DNA of 64,000 nucleotides. It comes from Longimicrobiales bacterium (GTDB taxonomy: Bacteria > Gemmatimonadota > Gemmatimonadetes > Longimicrobiales > Gaopeijiaceae). Within the stretch, counting starts at the first letter, position 1. Each line of letters opens with the position of its first letter. Position numbers and translations under genes: made by a program. Of the stretch, positions 49,495 to 59,923 are shown piece after piece. The notes below the pieces were generated by a model. The model was not told where the DNA came from. It did not search any database and saw only the letters and a program-made list of their open reading frames with translations. The stretch is taken from positions 96,001 through 160,000 of the forward strand of contig CBDCKN010000015.1 in NCBI GenBank assembly GCA_965218295.1. Reading direction: 5' to 3'.

Positions 49495-50435
49495 GCCGCG
49501 TCCAGCCATGCTCCCACCTGGCTTCGGGACCGCCTGAAGGACTCCACGTAGATCTCGTTCATGGGTCCTCGGGCCTTCCAGCGCTCGAACACCGCGTCCC
49601 ATGTGAGCTCTCCGTCCTCGAAGAACCAGCGCTTCTCCGCCGCGTCATAGTGACACGGGAAGGGGTAGTCCTTGACGTACGTCTCGCTCCGTTCGTCGTA
49701 GTGCGCCGGAATGTGCAGGCCGAGGGATTCGCAGAGAGGGACGGTGGAGGCCATCCAGACCTGCCTGAGCTGATCGTTGGTGAGCCCCTTTAGCTTGTAG
49801 TCGAGCTGGCCGCTGTGGCGTTTGAGGTCGTCGGGAAGCCCGAACCATTCCAGCGTCATGGGGAACATCCAGTCCACGGCCCTCTGGACCATGTCCCGCG
49901 CCTCGCCGCCGGCCTCCGCCAGGCGCTTCATCCACACCTCACCGTGCCTCAGATGGAACGTCTCCTCCATGCTGACCTTTATCAGGGCCCGCTTGAGAGG
50001 CCCGTACGACGTGTTCTCGTGGACGTCTGCCAGCAGCGAGATCCCGGCACGGTCGAAGAACCCGTTGGCCACGACCAGCTCGGCCCAGTTGTCCAGGGGC
50101 TGGTCGAAGCCGTACGGATGCTTGAAGTCGTGTGGCTCACGCTCGTAGACCAGGTACTCCTTGGACTCACCCAGATCCTCGAGGAGTCGGTACGCGATAT
50201 TCGCGTGGGCCAGCTCATCCTGAATGATGGCGTGGGCGCTGACCTGGGTGTTGGCCGAGGGCGCGTGACGGGCGGCCATCCAGTACGCCGGGCCACTCAT
50301 GAGCTCGGTGTCGGCCTGGACAGTGAGCTGGACGACCAGGGACATTCGATACCCCTCCGTCATCTCCTCGACGGACTCCACGATGTACCCGGCCTGGACC
50401 TTGGCTTTCAGCTCCTCCTCGGTGAAGCGTGCCAT
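49491..50435 (-). CDS. paaA: Phenylacetyl-CoA epoxidase-like catalytic diiron subunit PaaA
   Basis: ADTE, QDELAH, FFDRA, TSYGPL, EETFH, QLRQ. Confidence 0.8.
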   Translation of the reverse strand: MARFTEEELKAKVQAGYIVESVEEMTEGYRMSLVVQLTVQADTELMSGPAYWMAARHAPSANTQVSAHAIIQDELAHANIAYRLLEDLGESKEYLVYEREPHDFKHPYGFDQPLDNWAELVVANGFFDRAGISLLADVHENTSYGPLKRALIKVSMEETFHLRHGEVWMKRLAEAGGEARDMVQRAVDWMFPMTLEWFGLPDDLKRHSGQLDYKLKGLTNDQLRQVWMASTVPLCESLGLHIPAHYDERSETYVKDYPFPCHYDAAEKRWFFEDGELTWDAVFERWKARGPMNEIYVESFRRSRSQVGAWLDAA

Positions 50436-50489
50436 GCTCAATGCTCGTCCTCTCTGAGGTTCGTGCCCCGATCGGCTGTCTCGATTGCG

Positions 50490-50520
50490 GTTCGAACGAT
50501 CGTTCGAACGAAATAGTCTA
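50490..50520 (-). promoter_or_regulatory. Perfect 20-bp palindromic operator next to the -10 box of the paa-like operon
   Basis: GTTCGAACGATCGTTCGAAC (50490-50509); minus-strand TAGACT at 50520-50515. Confidence 0.7.
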
Positions 50521-50567
50521 TACGACGACGCTCCTCGCATCCAGTGCTCGGAGCGGCGGAATCGTTA

Positions 50568-50867
50568 CTAAAGTCCCAGCGATGCCCGAATCAGTGGCGC
50601 GATGCGCTCGGGCGTCCATGGCGGGTCGAAGGTGAGGTCGACCTCGCAGCTCTCCACACCCTCCACCCCCTCCACGGCAGCCTGCGCGTCCAAGACGAGC
50701 TGGTCGGCGACAGGACACATTGGCGAGGTCAGCGACATGACCACATGCACGTCCCCACTATCGACCTCGATGTCGTAGACGAGCCCCAGGACGACGAGGT
50801 CGAGATCCAGCTCGGGGTCCTTGACCGTCTTCAGCGCGTTTCGGATGTCTTTCTCGGTGACAACCAT
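50568..50867 (-). CDS. DUF59 / SufT-like Fe-S assembly protein
   Basis: VKDPEL...LGLVY...LTSPMCP...FDPPWTP. Confidence 0.88.
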   Translation of the reverse strand: MVVTEKDIRNALKTVKDPELDLDLVVLGLVYDIEVDSGDVHVVMSLTSPMCPVADQLVLDAQAAVEGVEGVESCEVDLTFDPPWTPERIAPLIRASLGL

Positions 50868-50869
50868 GC

Positions 50870-52048
50870 TTAGTGCCTCCTCATGAATAGGACCGTAGTC
50901 TCCTTGACGTCCTCGCCCTGGAGCTTCCGGATGGCTTTGTGCACGGTCGCCACGACCTCTCCGGCGGGCTTCTGCTGCAGGGTGGAGACCAGGTCGGCCG
51001 CCCCCCTGAACAGGCCGGTTGAGCCTGTCGAGAGGACAATCACCATGTCGCCCGTACCGATCTCGTACTCCTGGGTACCGTACTGGAAGCCGTCCAGCAT
51101 GCCCAGGGGGGGGCCGTGGGACGGGAACTCGTCCAGAGTTCCGTCCCTGCGGATCACCGCGCCTCGGACATCACCCGCTCCGGACCAGAGCACCGACCCG
51201 TCGCCTGGCACCAACATCCCGGCCGTGACCGTCTGATCGACGCCGGGCGTCTCGTTGTGAGACAGACCGTCGTTGACGCTTGCGAAGAGCGACTCCGCCG
51301 ATTGACCCGTCCGAGCGAACTCGTTGAGGAAGGCCCGAGCGAGGGCCAACTGGTGGGCGGGTGGAAGCCTATCTCCGTGGACGGTCATGGCCACCAAGCC
51401 CGCCCTCCCGTCGGCAAAGCGGACGGTCTCCCAGGCGGTCCGGCCGGCGCCCGAGTCCTCCAGCATCGTGCCGGCGGCGAGGTCGAACCCGTCGGCCGTC
51501 GGGGCGCTCCGTGGCATGATCGCACGCTGTAGAGCCCGGTTGGGGTCGTCGGCTCCGCCCCCCGTCACTACCGGAGTCGGGACGCCCCGCTCGAGGCTCG
51601 CAAACCGAACGCCGAGGGCACGGAGAGCCTTCGAGAGAACCTGCAACATGCGCATTGCGAGGCTGTCGCCGCCGATGAGCTGCTCGAAGTCCTCACGCGA
51701 CAAGGTCAGCAGCTCGGTCTCCTCCAACGCCTTGGCCGTAGCTGAGCGGGGGGCGTCGTTCAAAAGGGCCATCTCCCCGAAGGCTTCACCGGCCCTGCGG
51801 ACCGCGAGCCTATCTGTTCCGCTCCCCGGAATGCCCTTCGATATCTCCACGGCGCCCTTTGACACAACATAGAAGCAGTCGCCGGGCTCCCCCTCCTCGA
51901 AGAGTACCTCACCATCCTGTGCAGTCACGCCCTTGACGACCTCGCTTACGCCACTGAGCTCGTCGTCCGGCAGTCCCTGGAAGAGGTCGACGTGCCGAAG
52001 CATTTCGATCACCTCGTCCAAGGACAGATCACGGGGTTCAGCGGCCAC
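50870..52048 (-). CDS. cNMP-binding domain fused to a degenerate SpoIIE/PP2C domain
   Basis: FGEMALL...PRSAT; HGPPLG; metal-binding Asp motifs replaced. Confidence 0.85.
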   Translation of the reverse strand: MAAEPRDLSLDEVIEMLRHVDLFQGLPDDELSGVSEVVKGVTAQDGEVLFEEGEPGDCFYVVSKGAVEISKGIPGSGTDRLAVRRAGEAFGEMALLNDAPRSATAKALEETELLTLSREDFEQLIGGDSLAMRMLQVLSKALRALGVRFASLERGVPTPVVTGGGADDPNRALQRAIMPRSAPTADGFDLAAGTMLEDSGAGRTAWETVRFADGRAGLVAMTVHGDRLPPAHQLALARAFLNEFARTGQSAESLFASVNDGLSHNETPGVDQTVTAGMLVPGDGSVLWSGAGDVRGAVIRRDGTLDEFPSHGPPLGMLDGFQYGTQEYEIGTGDMVIVLSTGSTGLFRGAADLVSTLQQKPAGEVVATVHKAIRKLQGEDVKETTVLFMRRH

Positions 52049-52853
52049 TCAAGGCACTCCTACTCGGTGGAAGTGAGGGACTAAAACATACTCTCGGTCG
52101 GAAGGACCGGAAAAGGGCCTGACTGTCTCGTGGGATTTTCGCTTGCAAGACGTGGGGGGTGCTTGAAGATTGGATGGAGGGACGAATGAAGTCCCTTTCT
52201 GTTTCTGAAGGATTGGAAGGCCCCCCTGTGAAGGCATACCGGCAAAGCTCGCTCCCGGGACTCGTAGCTCTTCTCTCCGCTCTGTTCCTCGGCTCTTGCG
52301 TGGACGGCCCCGTGGCCGGTCCGGCCACCGACGAACGGCCGCACGTGCTCCACCTGGTGCCTCAGCTCAGCTATGCGGTGGCACCGGGCGCCCCGGCTCT
52401 GAGCGCCGCCCAGGAGGACGCGCTGAGCCAGGCGTTCGACCGGGTGAACCACTTCCGGCTGATCGTCAAGGATGTGAGCTGCACCGAAGTGCTGCTGGAC
52501 GTGACCTTCGAGGTGACGCCCGGCGAGGACGTGTACGACCTGTCGGTGGAGGTTCCGGGGATCACGCCCGGTGAGCCGGTGTGCGTCACCATCATCGCCA
52601 TGGACGGCGAGACCGTGCTCTTCGAGTCGCCGCCCCTCACGGTGGCGACGACCGACACGCAGACCGCCACGCCTCCTCAGCCGTTCTCCGCACCACTCAC
52701 GTACACGGGTCCGGGCGCCGATGCGGTGGGGGTCGAGATCCTGTCGACGGGCGCGGTGCTGCCTCCGGGCGGGAGTCGGACGTTCGAGGCGGAGGTGTTG
52801 GGGAGCGACGGCAGCGTCTTGACCAACGTGCCGTTGGGCTGGACGGTGGCTTC

Positions 52854-54310
52854 GAAGCTGTCCCAACCGTAGTTGAAGGTTCCTGATAGGGGAGAAAGAA
52901 AAGTGGTGGCTCCGGGGGTCCCGGGCCGATAGGCTCGGGTAGGCAAAAACCCCAACACGGAGCCACCACGATGAAGAGAACGTACGAGGTAAGGGATCGG
53001 GCGGACAAGCGCGCGATCAGGGAGTTCCTGAAGCGGGAGGGGCAGTTTCTGCTTCCGATGCTTGAGCTCGTGGAGCAGACGGAGGTCGCGATCGACGAAG
53101 TCATCCAGGTGATGGGACGAGCGACGATCGAAGCGGTGCTGGAGATGAGCGCCGAGGGTGTGGCAGGCGTGAAGCAGGCAGGTCGGTCACGAGCGGAAGA
53201 CGACACGGTGTGGTATGGCCGGCAGGGTGGTGTGGTTTACCTGTCGGACCGGAAGGTGCGTGTGGAGCGGCCACGGCTCAGGCGCCGGGGCGCCGGGGAG
53301 GGTGGCGAGGTCGAGGTGCCGGCGTACGCAGCGATGCGGAGACCGGGCGCCGTGGCGGATCGGATGCTCGAGGTCCTGATGGCGGGGGTGAGCACGCGGA
53401 AGTACGGCCGTGTGATCGGTGAGATGGCCGACACGGTCGGGGTGAGCAAGTCGGCGGTGAGCCGTGAGACGGTCGAGGCCTCGGAGCGCGTGCTGAAGGA
53501 GCTGATGGAGCGCCGGCTGGATGCGTGGGACCTCCTGGTGATCTACCTGGACGGGATCCAGATGGGCTCGCACCACGTGCTTGCTGCGGTAGGCGTGGAC
53601 TCAGACGGAAAGAAGCACGTGCTGGGCGTGAGGGAAGGAGCGAGTGAGAACGCCGAGGTGACCGGGGCGCTCCTAGAGGATCTGGTCGAGCGCGGCCTGG
53701 ACCCGGGCAGGCGGCGGCTGTTCGTGATCGATGGCTCGAAAGCGCTCAGGAAGGCGATCGAGAAGGTGTTCGGCCAACGTCACCCCATCCAGCGCTGCCG
53801 CAACCACAAGCTCCGCAACGTGCTGGGTCATCTGCCGAAGGATCAGCATCCTCAGGTGAAGGCGGCGTTCCGGGCGGCGATGAAGCTGGACGCGAAGCAG
53901 GGCGAGCAGAAGCTCGAGCAGCTCGCCCGATGGCTCGAGCGCGACCACCCCTCGGCCTCGGCCAGCCTACGCGAAGGCCTCAGCGAGATGTTCACGATCA
54001 ACCGGCTCGGCCTCCCGCCGCGGCTGAGGAAGTGCCTGGGCTCGACCAACCTGATCGACAGCACCCACTCGGGCGTAAGACAGAAGACCCGCAGGGTGAC
54101 CAACTGGAAGAACGGAGCGATGGCCTTGCGCTGGGCTGCGGCCTCGTTCGTGGAGACCGAGAAGAGCTACCGGAGGATCATCGGCTACGACCAGCTCTGG
54201 ATGCTCAGGGCCCACCTCGACGACCATGAACCGGTTGCCGAAATGAGAAAGGCAGGCTAACAAGGAGACTCTCCGGAGCCACCACCTTCAACTGTCAGCG
54301 GGACACCATC
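52854..54310 (+). mobile_element. IS256 family insertion sequence (1457 bp)
   Basis: 27-bp imperfect TIRs (GAAGCTGTCCC...AGTTGAAGGT / GATGGTGTCCC...AGTTGAAGGT, 19/27); 8-bp TSD GTGGCTTC at 52846 and 54311. Confidence 0.93.
52971..54260 (+). CDS. IS256 (Mutator-like) transposase
   Basis: GVSTR, IYLDG, VIDGSKAL, QRCRNHK, STNLID. Confidence 0.95.
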   Translation: MKRTYEVRDRADKRAIREFLKREGQFLLPMLELVEQTEVAIDEVIQVMGRATIEAVLEMSAEGVAGVKQAGRSRAEDDTVWYGRQGGVVYLSDRKVRVERPRLRRRGAGEGGEVEVPAYAAMRRPGAVADRMLEVLMAGVSTRKYGRVIGEMADTVGVSKSAVSRETVEASERVLKELMERRLDAWDLLVIYLDGIQMGSHHVLAAVGVDSDGKKHVLGVREGASENAEVTGALLEDLVERGLDPGRRRLFVIDGSKALRKAIEKVFGQRHPIQRCRNHKLRNVLGHLPKDQHPQVKAAFRAAMKLDAKQGEQKLEQLARWLERDHPSASASLREGLSEMFTINRLGLPPRLRKCLGSTNLIDSTHSGVRQKTRRVTNWKNGAMALRWAAASFVETEKSYRRIIGYDQLWMLRAHLDDHEPVAEMRKAG

Positions 54311-56923
54311 GTGGCTTCGCCCGCAGTAGCGTCGGTGACGGATGCCGGCACGGTAACGGGCGGCGGCGGCGGCCGGACGCTGGTGACGGTGACGACGCCC
54401 ACGGGTCTGAGCGCGAGCGTGTGGGTCTACGTGTTCGGCGGGGAGATGACGTTCATCCAGGGCGGCATGGTGATGACGGCCCCGGTGGTGGGCGGCACGG
54501 CGCAGGTGATCGCGGGGACGGGCGGAGCACACGGACCGGTGCCCACGGGCAACGGGGTGATGTACGGCGAGGGGGGGATGGTCTTTATCTCGGGCGTTGC
54601 GATCATGTCGGGCTCGTGGCCTGCGCCGTCGCCGGACGGGACGAAGATCGCGGCGGACGGGGGCGGGGTGGTGCTGCTGGCCAACGCCGACGGCTCGGGA
54701 GAGTCGGAGGGTCCTGCGGGTTCGCTGCCTGCGTGGGCCGGTGCGACGAGTCTCTACGTGAGCGGCGGCTCCATCGAGCTGGTGGACGTGGTGAGCGGCA
54801 GCCGGAGCCTGGTGATCCCGGGCGCTGCGACCTTCCCGACCGTGACGGCGGAGGGACGCCTGGCCTATCTGGACGGAGGGGGCCAGGTGTTCATCCAGGG
54901 CTCGGGTCCGGTGCCGGACGTTGTGACGGGCTCACGGCCTGCGATCCAGGGCGGCTGGGCGCTGTACGCAGGCGGGGGAGGGCTGATGGTGGCGCCCGTG
55001 GACGGCGCCAGTCCTCCCATGCCGCTGGGCATCAGTGGCACGGATCCGGCGTGGGGCAGCGCGAGCGGTGGCTTCACGCCTCCCTCTCCTCCACCCCCGG
55101 TGGAGATCACGGGACTCGATCCCGAGGTACCGATCCCCGGCCAGGAAGCTCTGATCCTGGGCAGCGGCTTCGATCCGATCATCGCGTCGAACACGCGGGT
55201 GTTCTTCCCGACGTCTGAGGGTGAGGTGGAGGTCGAGGTGCTGGAGATCACGGCCACGAGCATCCGGGTTGTGGTGCCCCGGGGTGTGGCGGCCGACGAG
55301 ATCCGGGTGGCGACGCTCACGAGTGAGGCGACGTTCCCCTATACGCCCATCTTCGGGAGCGTGGCGGTCACGGCAGTGACGCCGTGGGGTGCGCCGGTGG
55401 CGGGTCTGGGCGTCGTGCTCACGCAGGGCGGCACGGAGGCGGCGTCGGGTGTGACCGACGCGTCGGGCTCGCTCTTCCTGGACGGGATCCTGGCGGGCGA
55501 CTACACGGCGGCGTATGCGGCACCTGCCGGGTTCGCGATCACGAGCGCACAGCCGACGGCACTGACCGTCACGACCGATGTACTGAGCGTGGAGGTGGAG
55601 GCGACGCCCGAGGTTCGGAGAATCACGATCGATCCCGCAGCGCCCGAGGTCGAGGTGGGCTCAAGCGTCGAGGTGATGCTCCAGCCGCTGGACATCAACG
55701 GGAACGTGATCCCGCAGATCGACCAGGTCACGTGGGCGAGCTCGTCGCCTGTGTTGACCGCGAGCGGCAGCACGCTCACCGGAGTGGCGCCCTCGACCAC
55801 ACCGGGCGACGCACTGTTCCGTGTGTTCGTGAACGGCACCGGAGCAGACTTCTTCGCCACGGTCACTTCGTTCATCGAGGGCACGTTCACACTGGGGGCC
55901 GCAGTAACGGCACCGGGCGAGGCCGAGGGTGGCCCCGCGGCGGCTCCCGAGCCCCTCCGGCCCATCGAAGTCGAGCTGAAACAGGGCTCCACGGTTCTGA
56001 AGCGGACCGAGAGCGACGCCGACGGTCGCTACAGGTTCCCCGGCCTGTTCGCCGGCAGCTACACGGTCCACCCACTCCCCAGGGGCGACTACAAGGGGTT
56101 CTCGCCCTCGTCCGCCAGCGTGACCCTCGGTCCGGGGCAGGCCACGGGACACGCCAACTTCGAGGTGCTCCAGCAGGCGGTCGAGGCCCTCCTCTGGGAC
56201 CTGACCGGGTTCTGGCACGAGTCTGACCTGTCCGGCATCCAGAATGACGCCTTCGTAGATGGCCTGGTCGTGCTGGCGCCGGGCGACGGCTCCGACGGGT
56301 TCCTGCCGGCTCCGTTCGACGGCGACTTTTCCCACTGGTTCGGGGAGGACGACATGGGCAACTTCATGGGCGAGCGGGCCGACTCGAACCCGGGCAGCGG
56401 CGGCTCCTCCACCGCGGCCCGCTCGGGCCGGATGACCTCACAGGTCTTCAGTATGCCTCCGAGTGGTGTGCCGGCGTCCCTCGAGTTCGAGTACTGGTTC
56501 GAGATCGAGTCCGTGGATCCGGATGGGTTCGACCTTATGGAGATCCTGATCGAGGACATCGGTGCAGCCACGACGACTTCTTTGGGCGTGCTCAACCCGA
56601 GCACCGGCCCGGGCGGATCGCCCTCCCAGCCGTTCACCTCCGGGGGCTTCAACGTTCCGCCGGTCTGGGTGCACCAGACTTTGAACATTGACTCTTTCAG
56701 TGGGAAGGACGTGCGCATCATCTTCGACTTCGATACCGGCGACAGCGCCTACAACGGGTTCCGGGGCTGGATCGTGGACAGCGTCCATATCACCCCTGGC
56801 GGCTCACCCCTGTTGGCACCGGGTATGGCTGCCGCAACAGCCGGCGGGCTCAACCCGAAGCCGAAGCCACACTCCCGCGCTGGCGACCCACACTGACGGC
56901 GTGATGGCCCAACGGACCGACGC

Positions 56924-56970
56924 CCAAAAAGCGGGGGCCGCGTGCTCGAACGCGCTGCCCCCTTCTTGGG
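56924..56970. terminator. Possible terminator hairpin after the lipoprotein gene
   Basis: A-tract then GGGGGC-CGCGT...ACGCG-CTGCCCCC then TTCTT. Confidence 0.4.
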
Positions 56971-57110
56971 CGCCATCAGCCCATCCCCTGCCTCGGTGGC
57001 ACCGCGGCTCAGCCTGGCCGCAACGAACGAAAAACCTCGCCGAAACCGGCTTCTCCCGAGTAGATTCAATGAGTATCTCGAGGCGCTGACGACTCATCGG
57101 GAGAGTTCGG

Positions 57111-58025
57111 GTGGAGCAAGCGATGGACGCCGCCTCACCGGCCACGACGATGGAGACCGAGGAGGTACACCCCGTGATCGAGGCAGTTTGCTGGGGAACC
57201 CGAGGGTCTATCGCCAGTCCGGGTCCGGCGACCGCCAAGTACGGTGGGAACACGCCCTGCATGGAGGTGTGCCTCGACGACGGGCGGCGCTTCATCTTCG
57301 ACGCTGGCACGGGGATCCGTCCCCTGGGCTCGCACATGACGAGCGAGGAGGGCGCCACCGACGCCATCATCTTCCTCACACACTTCCATTGGGACCACAT
57401 CCAGGGGTTCCCATTCTTCGTCCCTTTGTACAACCCGAACGCGTCGCTCCAAATCATCGGTCCCAAGCAGTTCGACGTGGACATTCAAACGCTTTTCGCC
57501 GGGCAGATGGGGCCGATCTACTTCCCCATCCCCTTCGACGCCCTCGCTGCGCACAAGGAGTTCTCCCATCTGAACGAGGGCGTTTGGGAGGACGACGGGT
57601 TCAGCGTATCGGCTATGCGAATGAGACATCCGTCCTTCACGGTCGGGTATCGCATCGAGTACGGAGGTGCGTCCCTCGCTTACATCCCGGACAACGAGAT
57701 CGTGGGAGAGGATTACGACGTGGGCGAGGACTGGCATCGCCAGTTCATCGACTTCGTGGGCGATGTGGACGTCTTGATCCACGACGCCATGTTCACCGAG
57801 GAGGAGTACCAGTCCAAGCTGGGCTGGGGGCATTCTACCTTCCGCCAGGCACTCCATCTCGCTGACGAGGCGGGCGTAAAGAGGCTCCTCTTCTTTCACC
57901 ATGATCCCGAGCGTCACGACGAGAATCTCTCCGAGCTAGTGTCGTCACACCGGGACGAGGCCCTCTCCCTCGGATATAGCTTTCAGGTCGACGCCGCAGC
58001 CGAACGCGCCGACATCCTGCTCTAG
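57111..58025 (+). CDS. MBL-fold metallohydrolase (RNase Z/PhnP/cNMP phosphodiesterase-like)
   Basis: WGTRGS, YGGNTPC, DAGTG, THFHWDH, GWGHS, FHHDP. Confidence 0.9.
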   Translation: MEQAMDAASPATTMETEEVHPVIEAVCWGTRGSIASPGPATAKYGGNTPCMEVCLDDGRRFIFDAGTGIRPLGSHMTSEEGATDAIIFLTHFHWDHIQGFPFFVPLYNPNASLQIIGPKQFDVDIQTLFAGQMGPIYFPIPFDALAAHKEFSHLNEGVWEDDGFSVSAMRMRHPSFTVGYRIEYGGASLAYIPDNEIVGEDYDVGEDWHRQFIDFVGDVDVLIHDAMFTEEEYQSKLGWGHSTFRQALHLADEAGVKRLLFFHHDPERHDENLSELVSSHRDEALSLGYSFQVDAAAERADILL

Positions 58026-58036
58026 GAGACCACGCC

Positions 58037-59923
58037 GTGAGACGTTTCGCCCCTGTGGTGGCGGCAATGGCAACAGCCGTACCGCTGCTCGCCTTCGGGC
58101 CCGCCGAACGCATCGCTCCCACGCACTGGGCGGTGATCATCGGAATCAGTGACTACGTCCACTATGACGACGTAACAGGTGGCGACCTCCCCGGTGCGGA
58201 GCACGATGCCCGGGGCATGCGGGACGTTCTCCTCAGCCGGTACAGTTTCCCGCCCGACAACATCCGGATGCTCCTGAATCAGGAAGCCACCCGCGCCAAC
58301 ATCGAGGTCGCCCTCACGGAGTGCCTGCCCGAGCGGGCGCGTCCCGGCGACAATGTCACCGTCTTCTATGCCGGACACGGCTCACAGATGTGGGACGAGA
58401 GCGGCGACGAGGACGATGGTCTCGACGAAACGCTGGCCCCCGCCGACGTCAGCCCCACGTCGACCGAGTTCGACATCAGTGACGACGAATTCGGAGCCTG
58501 GCTCCGGGCCCTCCCGACGGACAACGTCGTGGTGTTCCTGGACAACTGCAGCTCCGGATCGGGAACGCGCGACGTCACTCCTTTCTCCCGCACACGCCAG
58601 CTCGGACGGGACGTATCAGAGATCGACAGGCCGGCGACCATTTCCCGGCGCGCACTCCCGAACGAGAGAGACCGGACGGGCTTCGACCCCCAGGGCGCGA
58701 ACGTCCTGGAGCTCGCCGCCGCCCAGCCCGACCAGCCGGCCGTGGACGCCTTCTTCCCGGGGGAGAACGGCGCGGACCCCTTCCACGGTGGGGCGTTCAC
58801 GACCTTCCTCATCCGGGAGCTCTGGAGGGCCCCGGCGGACATGTCGTACGAGGACGCATACCGCCGGGTGTCAGACGACCTCAAGAGAAATCGCTTCGAG
58901 CAGGACCCCTACCTCTCCGAGGACGTGGCGTCCAAGTCGCTTCCACTCTTCTTCGTGGAGGGTGGGTCCCGGGGCACGTCTTCGGCGTCCCTGCCGGTGC
59001 TTTCCATCAATGGCTCCACGGCTGAGCTACAGGGCGGCCAGGCGCTTGGAATCACCTTGGGATCGACGTTCAGCACGGCCGAAGGCGCCCGCATGGTGGT
59101 GGAGTCGGTGAGCTCCGACCGCTCCGACGCCAGAGTCCTGACGGGATTCGTGAGCGAGGGCGATCGTGCGACCTTGGAGGGCTATCGCTTCCCGTCCAGC
59201 CCTCTGCGAGTCAACGTCGCCGGGGCGGACACCGGCACCGCCGACGCTCTGGCGAGCGCCATCGAGGGCTCCGAGGCGATCGTGCTTATCCATGATGCGG
59301 AGTCCTACTCCGATCTGCTTCTGCGGCGCCGGGGCACGGACATCCGGGTGGTTGGAATGGACGGGGCGGCACGGCACGTCTTCCCGGCAGGCGCCGAGGG
59401 CGCCGCCGACCTGGCCGATGCCCTCATGCGTGAGGCCTCCGCGAAGAGGCTCGGCGACATGGAGAACCCGGCACAGCCGTTCGGCCTCGAGGTCTGGCTT
59501 GCCGGCGGAGTGTCCAGCTTCGGCATCGGCGAGAACGTGCGCTTCCTGGCCGAGGCCGAGCGCAGCGGATACCTGACCCTGGTTGACCTCGGTACCGACG
59601 GGACGGTCACCGTGCTCTTCCCGAACCCGTACGACCGGGAAAACGTGGTGACTGCGGGACAGCGAATCGAGTTCCCGACCGAGAGCATGGAGTCCGAGAT
59701 CCAGGCCATGCCGCCGGCTGGCCGGGGAATGGTCCGCGCCTTCCTGACGCCGGAACCGTTGGACATCGCCGTCGGTGACGATTTCACCGCGGGCAAGCTC
59801 GAGCTCGCCGATCTCATTGCTGACGCCGTTCGCAGGGCCGCCGGCCCGGCGGAGGGCTCCGATGGAGCTGTACGTCTCGACTCGTGGGCGAGTGCGTCGG
59901 TGATGTACGAGATCCACAACTAG
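58037..59923 (+). CDS. Secreted metacaspase (peptidase C14) with C-terminal DUF4384
   Basis: Signal peptide; AVIIGISDY, FYAGHGS (His), DETL, LDNCSSG (Cys); GYLTLVD...VLFPN. Confidence 0.88.
   Translation: MRRFAPVVAAMATAVPLLAFGPAERIAPTHWAVIIGISDYVHYDDVTGGDLPGAEHDARGMRDVLLSRYSFPPDNIRMLLNQEATRANIEVALTECLPERARPGDNVTVFYAGHGSQMWDESGDEDDGLDETLAPADVSPTSTEFDISDDEFGAWLRALPTDNVVVFLDNCSSGSGTRDVTPFSRTRQLGRDVSEIDRPATISRRALPNERDRTGFDPQGANVLELAAAQPDQPAVDAFFPGENGADPFHGGAFTTFLIRELWRAPADMSYEDAYRRVSDDLKRNRFEQDPYLSEDVASKSLPLFFVEGGSRGTSSASLPVLSINGSTAELQGGQALGITLGSTFSTAEGARMVVESVSSDRSDARVLTGFVSEGDRATLEGYRFPSSPLRVNVAGADTGTADALASAIEGSEAIVLIHDAESYSDLLLRRRGTDIRVVGMDGAARHVFPAGAEGAADLADALMREASAKRLGDMENPAQPFGLEVWLAGGVSSFGIGENVRFLAEAERSGYLTLVDLGTDGTVTVLFPNPYDRENVVTAGQRIEFPTESMESEIQAMPPAGRGMVRAFLTPEPLDIAVGDDFTAGKLELADLIADAVRRAAGPAEGSDGAVRLDSWASASVMYEIHN

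Larger units (their letters stand above)
52228..56896 (+). pseudogene. Large surface lipoprotein (Ig-like Big_2, propeller-like, IPT/TIG, carboxypeptidase-regulatory-like, jelly-roll) interrupted by IS256
   Basis: Lipobox FLGSC; removing the IS and one TSD copy restores WTVASPAVASVTDAGTVTG in frame (about 1067 aa). Confidence 0.85.

Noticed and set aside
54298..54310. CGGGACAC shared between the IS256 right end and the MITE right end
   Set aside because: Different distance from the termini and different target duplications (8 bp versus TA); IS256 is unlikely to be the mobilising partner.
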